Shown piece after piece: positions 57,401 to 64,000 of a stretch of DNA of 64,000 nucleotides. The translations under genes were made by a program, and so were the position numbers. The notes under the pieces were generated by a model, which saw only the letters and a list, made by a program, of their open reading frames with translations, had not been told where the DNA came from and ran no database searches. This DNA is from an uncultured Bacteroidales bacterium (GTDB taxonomy: Bacteria; Bacteroidota; Bacteroidia; Bacteroidales; Bacteroidaceae): positions 9,454 to 73,453 of the forward strand of contig CACWIN010000008.1 in NCBI GenBank assembly GCA_902760965.1. Direction: 5' to 3'. Positions within the stretch are counted from its first letter, which is position 1. Every line of letters begins with the position of its first letter.

Positions 57401-58387
57401 AAAGTCAAAATCATTCCTGTCCTTTGTTACCAGAATCAGGTCCGATATAAAGCAACCCATCCATCTGTTGCCTGATTTATCCATGTAATAGGCACTCACG
57501 TCCAGCTTTTCCAGGCTTCGGTCCGATGGCTTAAGCTCCACCCGTTCCAGCCTGCGTCCGTCAGCCAGTGCCAACAGGCCTTTACCGCGCAGGGATATCT
57601 TAAGTCCCTCTTTATCAAGAAAAGAGTGAGTTATTTCCCATAAGCCCTCATCGGGAGTTATCCTGTCCAGCCTTCGCCTTGCAGGATCCCACACAAACAG
57701 ATGGTTGTTCGTTGAAATGTACACCAAACCGTTCTGGTCGCAGTTAAGGCCCGTAATACCGCCGTCAATCACGTCACGGCGGAATTCCGTTATCTTATCG
57801 GTCTTGGGATCATATAAAAGTACTCCCACATTAGTGCCTAACCAGATTGTTCCCTCCTGATCCTCCAATAACGTACGGTAAATAATCTGTGTCTCGGAAT
57901 GTGTATTGATACTCACCACGCTGTTAAGCTGGTCCGGACTCGCGGGATCGACCCAATAAATACCGCCGCCCTGTGCAGTAATCCATATCTTTCCGTCACT
58001 GAACTGACTTATTTTCTGGACATAATGGGCACGGTCACCCGGAAATCTTACGGTATGGAAACTCTTTTCACTCGGGGTAAGATATTGCAGGCCTCGGTTG
58101 GTTCCTATCCATAATGTTCCATCCAGGTCAACATACAGACTGCGCACATAGTTGCTCATAAGTGACAGAGAATCATTGTCATCATGGTAGAATTGATTAA
58201 AATGGTATCCGTCGTAGCGGTTAAGACCGTTCTCGGTTCCTATCCACATAAAACCGGACAGATCCTCGCAGATGGCATGGAAACGGTTGTCCGACAGCTG
58301 TCCTATTGAATAACGGTAAGTTCTTTGCGCATAAGTTGCTGATGCAAGAAACATTACCGCCAAAAGTGCAAATATGTGTTTAAGCAT
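54410..58387 (-). CDS. hybrid two-component system sensor kinase / response regulator with AraC-type HTH (HTCS)
   Basis: 1325 aa with a signal/anchor and periplasmic beta-propeller repeats (WIGT..GL motifs) plus a Y_Y_Y region. After a TM segment come the H-box HEICAPM, an HATPase domain (DTGVGL), a receiver (VLVVDDDD...ITDVVMPEMDG) and a C-terminal AraC HTH. Confidence 0.9.
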   Translation of the reverse strand: MLKHIFALLAVMFLASATYAQRTYRYSIGQLSDNRFHAICEDLSGFMWIGTENGLNRYDGYHFNQFYHDDNDSLSLMSNYVRSLYVDLDGTLWIGTNRGLQYLTPSEKSFHTVRFPGDRAHYVQKISQFSDGKIWITAQGGGIYWVDPASPDQLNSVVSINTHSETQIIYRTLLEDQEGTIWLGTNVGVLLYDPKTDKITEFRRDVIDGGITGLNCDQNGLVYISTNNHLFVWDPARRRLDRITPDEGLWEITHSFLDKEGLKISLRGKGLLALADGRRLERVELKPSDRSLEKLDVSAYYMDKSGNRWMGCFISDLILVTKDRNDFDFWKFADYQQDVSGTVTAMVTDTQGRLWVGYNNNGLTCLSSDGRVLKDGRNSPYISCLFRDSRNRIWAGLPSGGLALLNTNNGMLRTVVRDDYSNVSSIAEDIQGRIYYSEQGNGFSRLDPNSMKTELYTTFAKSGKNGQWLSNDWIHIMVVDSYNRLWIGHDNGADCFDIVNNTFLNNSKLQAVMGTSGCSCIMEQKEGVMLFGTTKGLIVYNSRNGDARLLNTASGLSSDDIRGIVKDNDGYIWVATPGGINRINPEDYEVSRYYTEEKAFNRVSAFSSTDDKAYFGSNVGITSFWPYRITTESSVNRPILTGFYLNGQRITSESLSGGKKISEKPLNVSEFFRLAYRDNSFTLEFSTLNYGDEMSLIYEYSLNPEKNEWTSNPAGLNRFTFSQLGFGRYTLSVRARLNDIVSNPKTYIIKIEAPWYATSVAICIYVIIVLAIMMVIILLRRKSREREMDEAKFQSFINVAHEICAPMTMVISPLEDMLRDDSLAPEIQSNLRQMHRSSTRILSLINQLLDMRKYDEGQMQLHFAETDLVNFLMGPFELYTQTAERRNINFSFNHSMVEQPVWIDRDSIDKVMMNLLSNAFKYTPDDGSIEINLEVGTDDHDSGPLHNYVEVSITDTGVGLDKEDINRIFQRFYRADNKLTSTTMGMGIGLNYSQMLINMHHGTIKAGNRIDGQSGSVFSFRLPLGNKHIPQEDIVDAEQTSRQQLERTRTSMDFDEPQDTNQTKGTIKVLVVDDDDSMLDYLSDSLKHSYKIITARNGNEGLKLAVSQMPDLIITDVVMPEMDGMQLVKALKGNSLVSHIPVIMLSGKNKLQDRMMGFDTGADSYLPKPFYISELKSVMANLINNRLIVKGKYSGQQEQAEKVTPVNFESSDELFMKRLMAIVNKNISNSDFNITQLVDEVGLSRTQLHRKLKELTGFSAARFLQNIRMQQAMKLLKEKRVNVSQIAYSVGFSSQTHFSTTFKQYYGVSPTEFIRQLEEDEKNAQ

Positions 58388-58467
58388 ATGTGTTGTAATC
58401 AGGTTGAAACATCACAAAGATAATCCAATATTTCCGGATTTGATTTCGCTAAAAACTCAAATATGCG

Positions 58468-58475
58468 TACCTTTG
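58468..58475 (+). promoter_or_regulatory. Bacteroides-type -7 promoter box
   Basis: TACCTTTG is an exact match, 39 nt upstream of the ATG at 58514. Confidence 0.45.
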
Positions 58476-58513
58476 GTTTGCAATAAGCAATTAACAATTA
58501 AAACCAAATAACT

Positions 58514-59713
58514 ATGAGAATTAAATGTGCATTTCTTACAGCAGTCCTGTCAGTATTGACAATCAGCACGGCCAGCGCCGGTAAGCATTGGGTAGCAACA
58601 TGGGCCACCGCCGAACAGGTGGTTGAACCTCACAACTGCCCCCCTGCCCCGGGTCTTGAAAACAACTCTATCCGTCAGATTGTCCAGACATCCATAAGCG
58701 GCAAGATAGTACGCGTAAAGTTTTCAAATGAGTTCAGCCAGGGTCCTGTTACCATAAACGCAGCCGAGATTGCTCATGCAGCAACCGCAGGTTCCAGCAG
58801 TGACATTGTTGCCGGAACCCAGGTAAGCCTCACTTTTAATGGCAGCAAATCCGTTACCATTCAGCCGGGTCAGTTGGTTACATCGGACCCTGTAAAGTTC
58901 CCCATGGGCATTCGTCAGAACGTGGCCATCACAATGCATCTCGGTCAGGCTTCATCGACCAGCGTTACCGGTCATCCGGGTTCACGTACCGATTCTTATC
59001 TTATTGAAGGTCAAGGTTCTGACTTTTCAAACGCAGTCAAGACCGCTCACTGGTACATAATTAACGCCATTGAGATCAAGGCCGAAAAGAAAGCCCGCGC
59101 CGTTGTGGTTCTTGGCAACTCCATTACCGATGGCCGCGGTTCAACCACAAACCAGCAGAACCGCTGGACCGACAACCTTTCACGCCGTCTGCTGGCCAAC
59201 AAAAAGACCAGCCGTGTATCGGTCCTGAACATGGGTCTTGGCGGCAACTGCATTCTTAACGGCGGCCTTGGCCCCACCGGCAAGAGCCGTTATCCGCGTG
59301 ACCTGTTCCAGCAGGAGGGCGTAAAGTATATCATCCTGTTTGAGGGTGTGAATGACCTTGGCGGTTTTGGCGATGCCACAGCAAAGGCAAAGCAGATAAT
59401 TGAGGTTTACAAGCAGATCATAAACGAGGCGCACGAGCGCGGAATTCTGGTTTACGGTGCTCCTGTAATGCAGTTCAAGGGCAACAATTACTACAGCGAG
59501 AACCACGAGGCAGGGCGTCAGCAGCTTAACCAGTGGATTCTTTCCGGCGGTTATTTTGACGGAGTGATTGATTTTGACTCTGCAATGGCTAACCCCGATG
59601 ATCCTGCTCAGCTCAATCCCAAGTATCTGTTTGAGAATGACTACCTGCATCCCAATGCCGAGGGCTACGTCCAAATGGGTAACTGCATTGACCTAAAACT
59701 CTTCGAAAAGTAA
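58514..59713 (+). CDS. secreted SGNH/GDSL-family hydrolase (esterase)
   Basis: 399 aa with a signal peptide and an N-terminal beta-sandwich. The SGNH blocks are present: LGNSITDG, GLGGN, GVNDL and DYLHPN. Confidence 0.8.
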   Translation: MRIKCAFLTAVLSVLTISTASAGKHWVATWATAEQVVEPHNCPPAPGLENNSIRQIVQTSISGKIVRVKFSNEFSQGPVTINAAEIAHAATAGSSSDIVAGTQVSLTFNGSKSVTIQPGQLVTSDPVKFPMGIRQNVAITMHLGQASSTSVTGHPGSRTDSYLIEGQGSDFSNAVKTAHWYIINAIEIKAEKKARAVVVLGNSITDGRGSTTNQQNRWTDNLSRRLLANKKTSRVSVLNMGLGGNCILNGGLGPTGKSRYPRDLFQQEGVKYIILFEGVNDLGGFGDATAKAKQIIEVYKQIINEAHERGILVYGAPVMQFKGNNYYSENHEAGRQQLNQWILSGGYFDGVIDFDSAMANPDDPAQLNPKYLFENDYLHPNAEGYVQMGNCIDLKLFEK

Positions 59714-59735
59714 TCCTTTCGAGTAGGCGCACAGC

Positions 59736-59833
59736 AGGGGCACAAAGGGGACGGTTCTTTTTGTGCCCCTAAATATGGCTCTAGAAGGTGTTGTAGCGAG
59801 GGGCACAAAAAGAACCGTCCCCTTTGTGCCCCT
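59736..59833. repeat. 98-bp double-hairpin repeat, copy 2 (spacer inverted relative to copy 1)
   Basis: It has the same 35-nt arms at 59736-59770 and 59799-59833. The spacer AAATATGGCTCTAGAAGGTGTTGTAGCG is the near reverse complement of the copy 1 spacer. Confidence 0.95.
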
Positions 59834-59889
59834 GCGGATTTAACATTCGGCAATTCTGGTAATAATTTTATGTGAATTACCAGAATAAT

Positions 59890-61611
59890 ATGAGAGCAAA
59901 CCGATTATTTACAACATTTTCTGTAGTCCTGCTTTCCGCAGCATGCTTTGCACAGTTCCCCGGAAGAGGATTTCCTGGCGGAGGCGGATTTGGAGGAGGA
60001 TTTCCGGGAGGATTTGGAGGACGTTTTCCTGTTCCTGAGCAACAGGAGGGCGGACAGATGCCTGGTTTTCTCGGTGGTGGAATGCCCATGGGCGGAGGAT
60101 TTGGCGGAGGTTTTGGTATGAATGCCGAATACAACCCGGCGTCATCGGCCAACAACGTGGAGTTTACATCGTCCAACCTCCCGATAGTAATCATAGAGAC
60201 CGACGACAAGACTCTGACCAACAGGCAGAAATCGGCCGCTACCATGAAAATAATTGACAACGGCAGCAAGCGCAACAAACTCACCGACACTCCAAACGGA
60301 TACAACGGCAACATAAAGATCAAACTTCGCGGAAACTCATCGTTGTTCTTTGACCAGAAGCGCTTTACGCTTGAGACCGTCACCCCCGAGGGCAAGGCCA
60401 ACAACGTTGAACTCCTGGGCATGCCGGCCGATAACGACTGGGTGCTGCTGGCTCCCTTCAATGACATATCCATGATGCGCGACCCCTTTGCATTCGACCT
60501 CTGGAACGAGATGGGCCACTGGGCACCGCGCAACCGTTATTGTGAGGTGGTCATGAACGGCCATTACATCGGTGTCTACATACTCTGCGAGAAGATTAAA
60601 CGTGCCGAAAACCGTCTGAGCATAGCAAAACTCAAGAAGACCGATACCAGCGGCCTAGAACTCACAGGCGGTTACATAGTACGTATAGACCCGCCCGATG
60701 AAGGCGAAAAGTCATTCCAGTCCGAAGTTCCCGGCATCATCACCAGCGGTGGTATGGGAGGCTTTGGCGGCATGGGCGGATTCGGAGGTCCAGGCGGCGG
60801 ATTCGGCGGAGGCCGTGCCACGGTTACCTGGAGTTACTTCTACCCCAAGTCCGAAAACCTTGCCCCCGAGCAGGAAAAGTACATCAGTGATTACATCAAG
60901 ACAACCGAGAAAGTAATCCAGAGCGATAATTTTGCCGATCCCAAGGAGGGTTACGCCAAATATATCGACGTAGAGTCATTCGTGGACTACATAATCCATA
61001 CCGAGCTCAGCCTGAATGCCGACGGCCTTAAGCGCAGCACCTACTTTTACAAAACCAAGCAGAATGCCGATGGCACCGGCGGCAAACTTCACGCAGGCAC
61101 TGTCTGGGACTATAACCTGGCATACGGAAACTGCAATTTTGCCAATGGCAACAACATAGAGGCATGGATTTATAATGGCGGTGAGACCAACCCCACCCCT
61201 GCCATGTTCAAGCGCCTCATGGAGGATCCCGCATTCGTGGCTAAAGTCAAAGCGCGCTGGAAAGAGCTCCGCAAAGGCGTTTTGAGCATCGACAATATCA
61301 ACAAATACATTGATAATCATGCCGCTCAGCTGGCCGAAGCAAAGGACCGTCAGTTTGCCAAATATCCCAACCTTCTGGTATCGGAATCAAGCAACCGCAA
61401 CCAGGCAGCCCGTAACGGCGGATTCGGTGGAGGATTTGGCGGTGGTTTTGGATTCGGAGGCGGTATGGGAGGCTTCGGAGGAGGCTTTGGAGGCGGTGAC
61501 GCTGTAGGAATGTTTGCCGCATACCGCGTGTCAAGCTATCAAGAAGAAATAACCATCCTAAAGAAATTCTTTGCAGACCGCATTGCTTTCCTTGACAAAA
61601 ACTGGAAGTAA
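59890..61611 (+). CDS. secreted CotH-family protein (atypical kinase fold) interrupted by GGFGG low-complexity blocks
   Basis: The signal peptide MRANRLFTTFSVVLLSAACFAQ starts at the ATG at 59890, whereas the ORF opens at 59872. The CotH-like core includes LPIVIIETDD, DNDWVLLAPFNDISMMRDPFAFDLW, YCEVVMNGHYIGVYILCEKIKR and STYFYK. There are three Gly/Phe/Met-rich blocks: N-terminal, central and C-terminal. Confidence 0.7.
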   Translation: MRANRLFTTFSVVLLSAACFAQFPGRGFPGGGGFGGGFPGGFGGRFPVPEQQEGGQMPGFLGGGMPMGGGFGGGFGMNAEYNPASSANNVEFTSSNLPIVIIETDDKTLTNRQKSAATMKIIDNGSKRNKLTDTPNGYNGNIKIKLRGNSSLFFDQKRFTLETVTPEGKANNVELLGMPADNDWVLLAPFNDISMMRDPFAFDLWNEMGHWAPRNRYCEVVMNGHYIGVYILCEKIKRAENRLSIAKLKKTDTSGLELTGGYIVRIDPPDEGEKSFQSEVPGIITSGGMGGFGGMGGFGGPGGGFGGGRATVTWSYFYPKSENLAPEQEKYISDYIKTTEKVIQSDNFADPKEGYAKYIDVESFVDYIIHTELSLNADGLKRSTYFYKTKQNADGTGGKLHAGTVWDYNLAYGNCNFANGNNIEAWIYNGGETNPTPAMFKRLMEDPAFVAKVKARWKELRKGVLSIDNINKYIDNHAAQLAEAKDRQFAKYPNLLVSESSNRNQAARNGGFGGGFGGGFGFGGGMGGFGGGFGGGDAVGMFAAYRVSSYQEEITILKKFFADRIAFLDKNWK

Positions 61612-61667
61612 TTAAACCATTTACCATATTTGGAGTCACAATATAAATCCTTAGATTTATAACCGTT

Positions 61668-62405
61668 ATGCCAAATATGCTTAAAAAGATTCTGTCAGTA
61701 CTGTTTGTCATCATGTTGTCTATCGCTGCAGCTGCCCAACCCGGCGGAGGCGGTGGCGGAGGAGGCGGCTTTGGTGGCGGCGGTGGCTTCGGCGGAGGCG
61801 GAGGCTTTGGCGGACCTGGCGGTGGTGGCCGTGGTGGTGGTGGCCGTGGTGGAGGCGGAAACTTTCAGGGTGGACGTGGCGGTGGCGGCGGTTGGGGCAA
61901 CTATGCCGTCCTTAACGACAGCACCGAACTGGAAAGATTAAGCGGCAGCCTTACATTTGCCGAAGGACGTGGAGCAGGCAATGCCATCCGTGAAGATGAC
62001 CTTAAAAAGCTTTTGGACTCAATTCAGTTCCAAAAATATGAGGTTGCCCAGAAAAAGTTCATTAGAGGAGACAAACAGGAAACCGTTGGAACTTTATTGG
62101 CAATTCCTACAGCAATTCTGGCACTTATTGCCGTAACCCACAAAGCCGAGGATGACCCGGAATTATCAAAAAAACTCTACATAATATCGGGCGCATTGGC
62201 CGTCCCGGCCCTATCTTTCTACTGCGCGGGACGCATTAACAGGGGAAAAGCCAAAAGGGCTTTGGAAACTATAGCCGATGACTATAACCGGGAACTGGAA
62301 CTAAAAAGAGCAGCCAAACTCCTTCAGTTTGAGTTTGAACCCACTGTGCTCATCCCGTACAACACATCCCCCAGCCTAGGCCTGACAGTCAGCCTGAATT
62401 TTTAA
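61668..62405 (+). CDS. exported protein with about 55-aa poly-Gly / FGG / RGG tract and two hydrophobic helices
   Basis: 245 aa with a signal peptide ending AAAQP. The tract GGGGGGGGFGGGGGFGGGGGFGGPGGGGRGGGGRGGGGNFQGGRGGGGGWG is followed by a soluble region and two TM-like segments. No family was recognised. Confidence 0.5.
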   Translation: MPNMLKKILSVLFVIMLSIAAAAQPGGGGGGGGGFGGGGGFGGGGGFGGPGGGGRGGGGRGGGGNFQGGRGGGGGWGNYAVLNDSTELERLSGSLTFAEGRGAGNAIREDDLKKLLDSIQFQKYEVAQKKFIRGDKQETVGTLLAIPTAILALIAVTHKAEDDPELSKKLYIISGALAVPALSFYCAGRINRGKAKRALETIADDYNRELELKRAAKLLQFEFEPTVLIPYNTSPSLGLTVSLNF

Positions 62406-62426
62406 TCGCATCACAGTAGCACATCG

Positions 62427-62524
62427 AGGGGCACAAAGGGGACGGTTCTTTTTGTGCCCCTCTCTACAACACCTTCTAGAGCAATAATTAGGGGCACAAA
62501 AAGAACCGTCCCCTTTGTGCCCCT
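62427..62524. repeat. 98-bp double-hairpin repeat, copy 3
   Basis: It has the same 35-nt arms at 62427-62461 and 62490-62524. The spacer has the same orientation as copy 1. Here the inverted repeat extends 8 nt further on each side (GCACATCG / CGATGTGC). Confidence 0.95.
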
Positions 62525-62555
62525 CGATGTGCGCCTCAATTTGCACCATTTTGCT

Positions 62556-64000
62556 TCAATTCTCTCGGACGTATGGAGATTCCGGCATGAAGAGGTAGCT
62601 CTTAATGTAGCCGCCGGCGTCAATCACCACTTTCTCAAAGACCGTGCCCGGTTCAATGGGACGGATGGTCAGAGTATGCTCACCCTTGGCTGCCTTGCCC
62701 AGCTGTACGCGGTCATCCTTGACGCGGGTTGCAACTGTGGGATAGTAAACAGAGTAAATGTTGCGCTGGTCCTCATTCAGACGCTCGTTGAACACAACCT
62801 CAACCTCATCGCCACCATCCAGGCTTACCATATAACGGTGTCCTTCAAGACGATAGAATGTAAGCGTTGCATTCACAGCAATTACGGCCGATAAATTCTC
62901 AACATCATCGGTCAGATTAAACTTGTATGTCATGCTGGCACCATCGGTAGGCTGGCTGTAAGGCATCAGAGCCACACCAGACAGTGTACGGCCCATGAAC
63001 GGAATTGTTGTCCACTGAGCCGAACCGGCAGTAACGGGAGCCTGTGCGTAAAAATGTTCAGCCTCCATTGCCACTACGCCGTCCTTCTGCGTAAATACGT
63101 ATCCGCCTACCTTATCCCCTACTTCAACGCGTGAAACCCTGGGCTGTGTATCGGCACGGAAATTATCGTTCCAAGATGTATAGCCAATGTGCTTCTGAAT
63201 CATCATACCGTTCCACTTGCCGCCGGCCATCTCCTTATTATAATATGCGCACAGCTCGGCGTCACGCTTAAAGTCACGCTCGCAACGCTCTGCCCAGTAG
63301 TTGGCAGCCGGATCATTGTTTCGGGCCAGTTTCTGGTTCATTGCCTGGCTGTAATACATATCATAAATGTTACCCATTGCCTGAACGGGGAACAGGATTA
63401 TCTGCTGATAAGCGTCACGATATTCAGGGCCGATGCGCAAGTACTGGCGCAAAGCCTCAGCCTCCAGACGTGCATAATCGTCGCAAACCTGCTCAAACTC
63501 ACCGGTCTCAAGTGTGTAGTACTGACGTGCATCAAGCATCTCGGCGCTGATACGGCCGTTGTACTTACAGCACAGGTTCAGAATGCGTGCAGCCTCGGCA
63601 GCCTCCTCCTCGCCAAAGAACTCCTTGCAGAACTCATAAGTATGGTCAAGCAGGTTGTCAACCGTGAATGATGTGGGATTCCAGGCCATATCCAGGAACA
63701 GGGTTATAGGATACTCCATAGGCTTAAGATCACCTACGTTGAGCACCCAGATCTTGTCAACTCCGTAGTCATATGTAAGCTGCATCTGCTCCCAGAGGTG
63801 CTGTATGGGAGTGATGTTCAACCACTTGGAGTTACGCGGTGCACCCACGTAATCAACGTGATAATACATACCCCAACCGCCTTTGCGCTTGCGCTCCTCG
63901 GCATTAGGCAGACGGCGAATGTCACCCCAGTTGTCATCGGACAAAAGGATAATCACATCGTCAGGCACGCGCAGACCCTTATTATAATAGGTCTGAACCT
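62556..64000 (-). CDS. glycoside hydrolase family 115 (alpha-glucuronidase-like), C-terminal part; gene continues past the window end
   Basis: The frame stays open from 63968 to the window edge. DDNWGDIRRLP...GGWGMYYHVDYVGAPRNSKWLNITP is the characteristic GH115 block, and a C-terminal beta-sandwich follows. Confidence 0.75.
   Translation of the reverse strand, partial: VQTYYNKGLRVPDDVIILLSDDNWGDIRRLPNAEERKRKGGWGMYYHVDYVGAPRNSKWLNITPIQHLWEQMQLTYDYGVDKIWVLNVGDLKPMEYPITLFLDMAWNPTSFTVDNLLDHTYEFCKEFFGEEEAAEAARILNLCCKYNGRISAEMLDARQYYTLETGEFEQVCDDYARLEAEALRQYLRIGPEYRDAYQQIILFPVQAMGNIYDMYYSQAMNQKLARNNDPAANYWAERCERDFKRDAELCAYYNKEMAGGKWNGMMIQKHIGYTSWNDNFRADTQPRVSRVEVGDKVGGYVFTQKDGVVAMEAEHFYAQAPVTAGSAQWTTIPFMGRTLSGVALMPYSQPTDGASMTYKFNLTDDVENLSAVIAVNATLTFYRLEGHRYMVSLDGGDEVEVVFNERLNEDQRNIYSVYYPTVATRVKDDRVQLGKAAKGEHTLTIRPIEPGTVFEKVVIDAGGYIKSYLFMPESPYVREN

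Noticed and set aside
59877-60533. 218-aa minus-strand ORF with Pro-rich tracts (PPNPPPMGIPPP), and the 61705-61941 plus-strand Ala/Val-rich ORF
   Set aside because: These are alternative-frame or antisense readings of the GGN-repeat DNA encoding the Gly-rich tracts. The CotH core and the signal peptides identify the correct frames.
1-64000. CRISPR arrays, transposases, integrases, toxin-antitoxin or known defence-system genes
   Set aside because: I scanned the ORF track and the repeats and found no direct-repeat/spacer array. No DDE, serine or tyrosine recombinase motifs were seen. Apart from the small HsdR_N-like protein next to holA, there are no nuclease/ATPase defence signatures.

Overview
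The window is a chromosomal segment that looks like Bacteroidota, order Bacteroidales. Three things support this: many exact matches to the Bacteroides -7 promoter box TAnnTTTG 20-50 nt upstream of start codons, a hybrid two-component regulator with an AraC output, and frequent TonB-dependent receptors and lipoproteins. No database search was possible, so all family calls are by eye from the translated ORFs.

Most of the window is housekeeping: holA, Nif3 and its zinc-ribbon partner, pncB and pncA, def, aspS, an AsmA/TamB-like protein, a Na/Pi symporter, murB, pheS, nth, a CyuA-like desulfidase, cysE, pgk, tRNA-Ser(UGA), mutS2 and nfo. The 3' end carries carbohydrate-utilisation genes: GH43-like, HTCS regulator, SGNH esterase and a partial GH115.

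The most unusual content is a roughly 16.4 kb same-strand locus at 26028-42454. It encodes ten exported proteins:
- a TonB-dependent receptor
- a DUF4876-like lipoprotein
- an outer-membrane beta-barrel
- four tandem paralogous lipoproteins of about 660-740 aa, each combining a gingipain/C25-like domain with a conserved HHG...LD[AG]CYNGSF dyad and C-terminal HEAT-like repeats
- a papain-like (C1) cysteine peptidase
- a small HmuY-like lipoprotein

It has no SusD and no glycoside hydrolase. I flag it as a candidate undescribed proteolysis-coupled outer-membrane uptake system.

Other notable signals:
- An FMN riboswitch (RFN element) sits directly in front of a different TonB-dependent receptor.
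- A 246-bp GC-rich element bounded by 48-nt inverted repeats lies between aspS and def.
- aspS and def are followed by identical 39-nt terminator modules.
- A 98-bp double-hairpin repeat occurs three times, plus one variant that keeps the loop but has a different, still complementary stem.
- A CotH-family protein interrupted by GGFGG low-complexity blocks is followed by a poly-Gly/RGG membrane protein.
- pncA and def carry lipoprotein-like N-termini.
- Nif3 and MutS2 contain in-frame tandem repeats.
- An inverted pseudo-copy of the tRNA-Ser 3' end lies next to the tRNA gene.

No CRISPR array, transposase, integrase or recognisable defence genes were seen.
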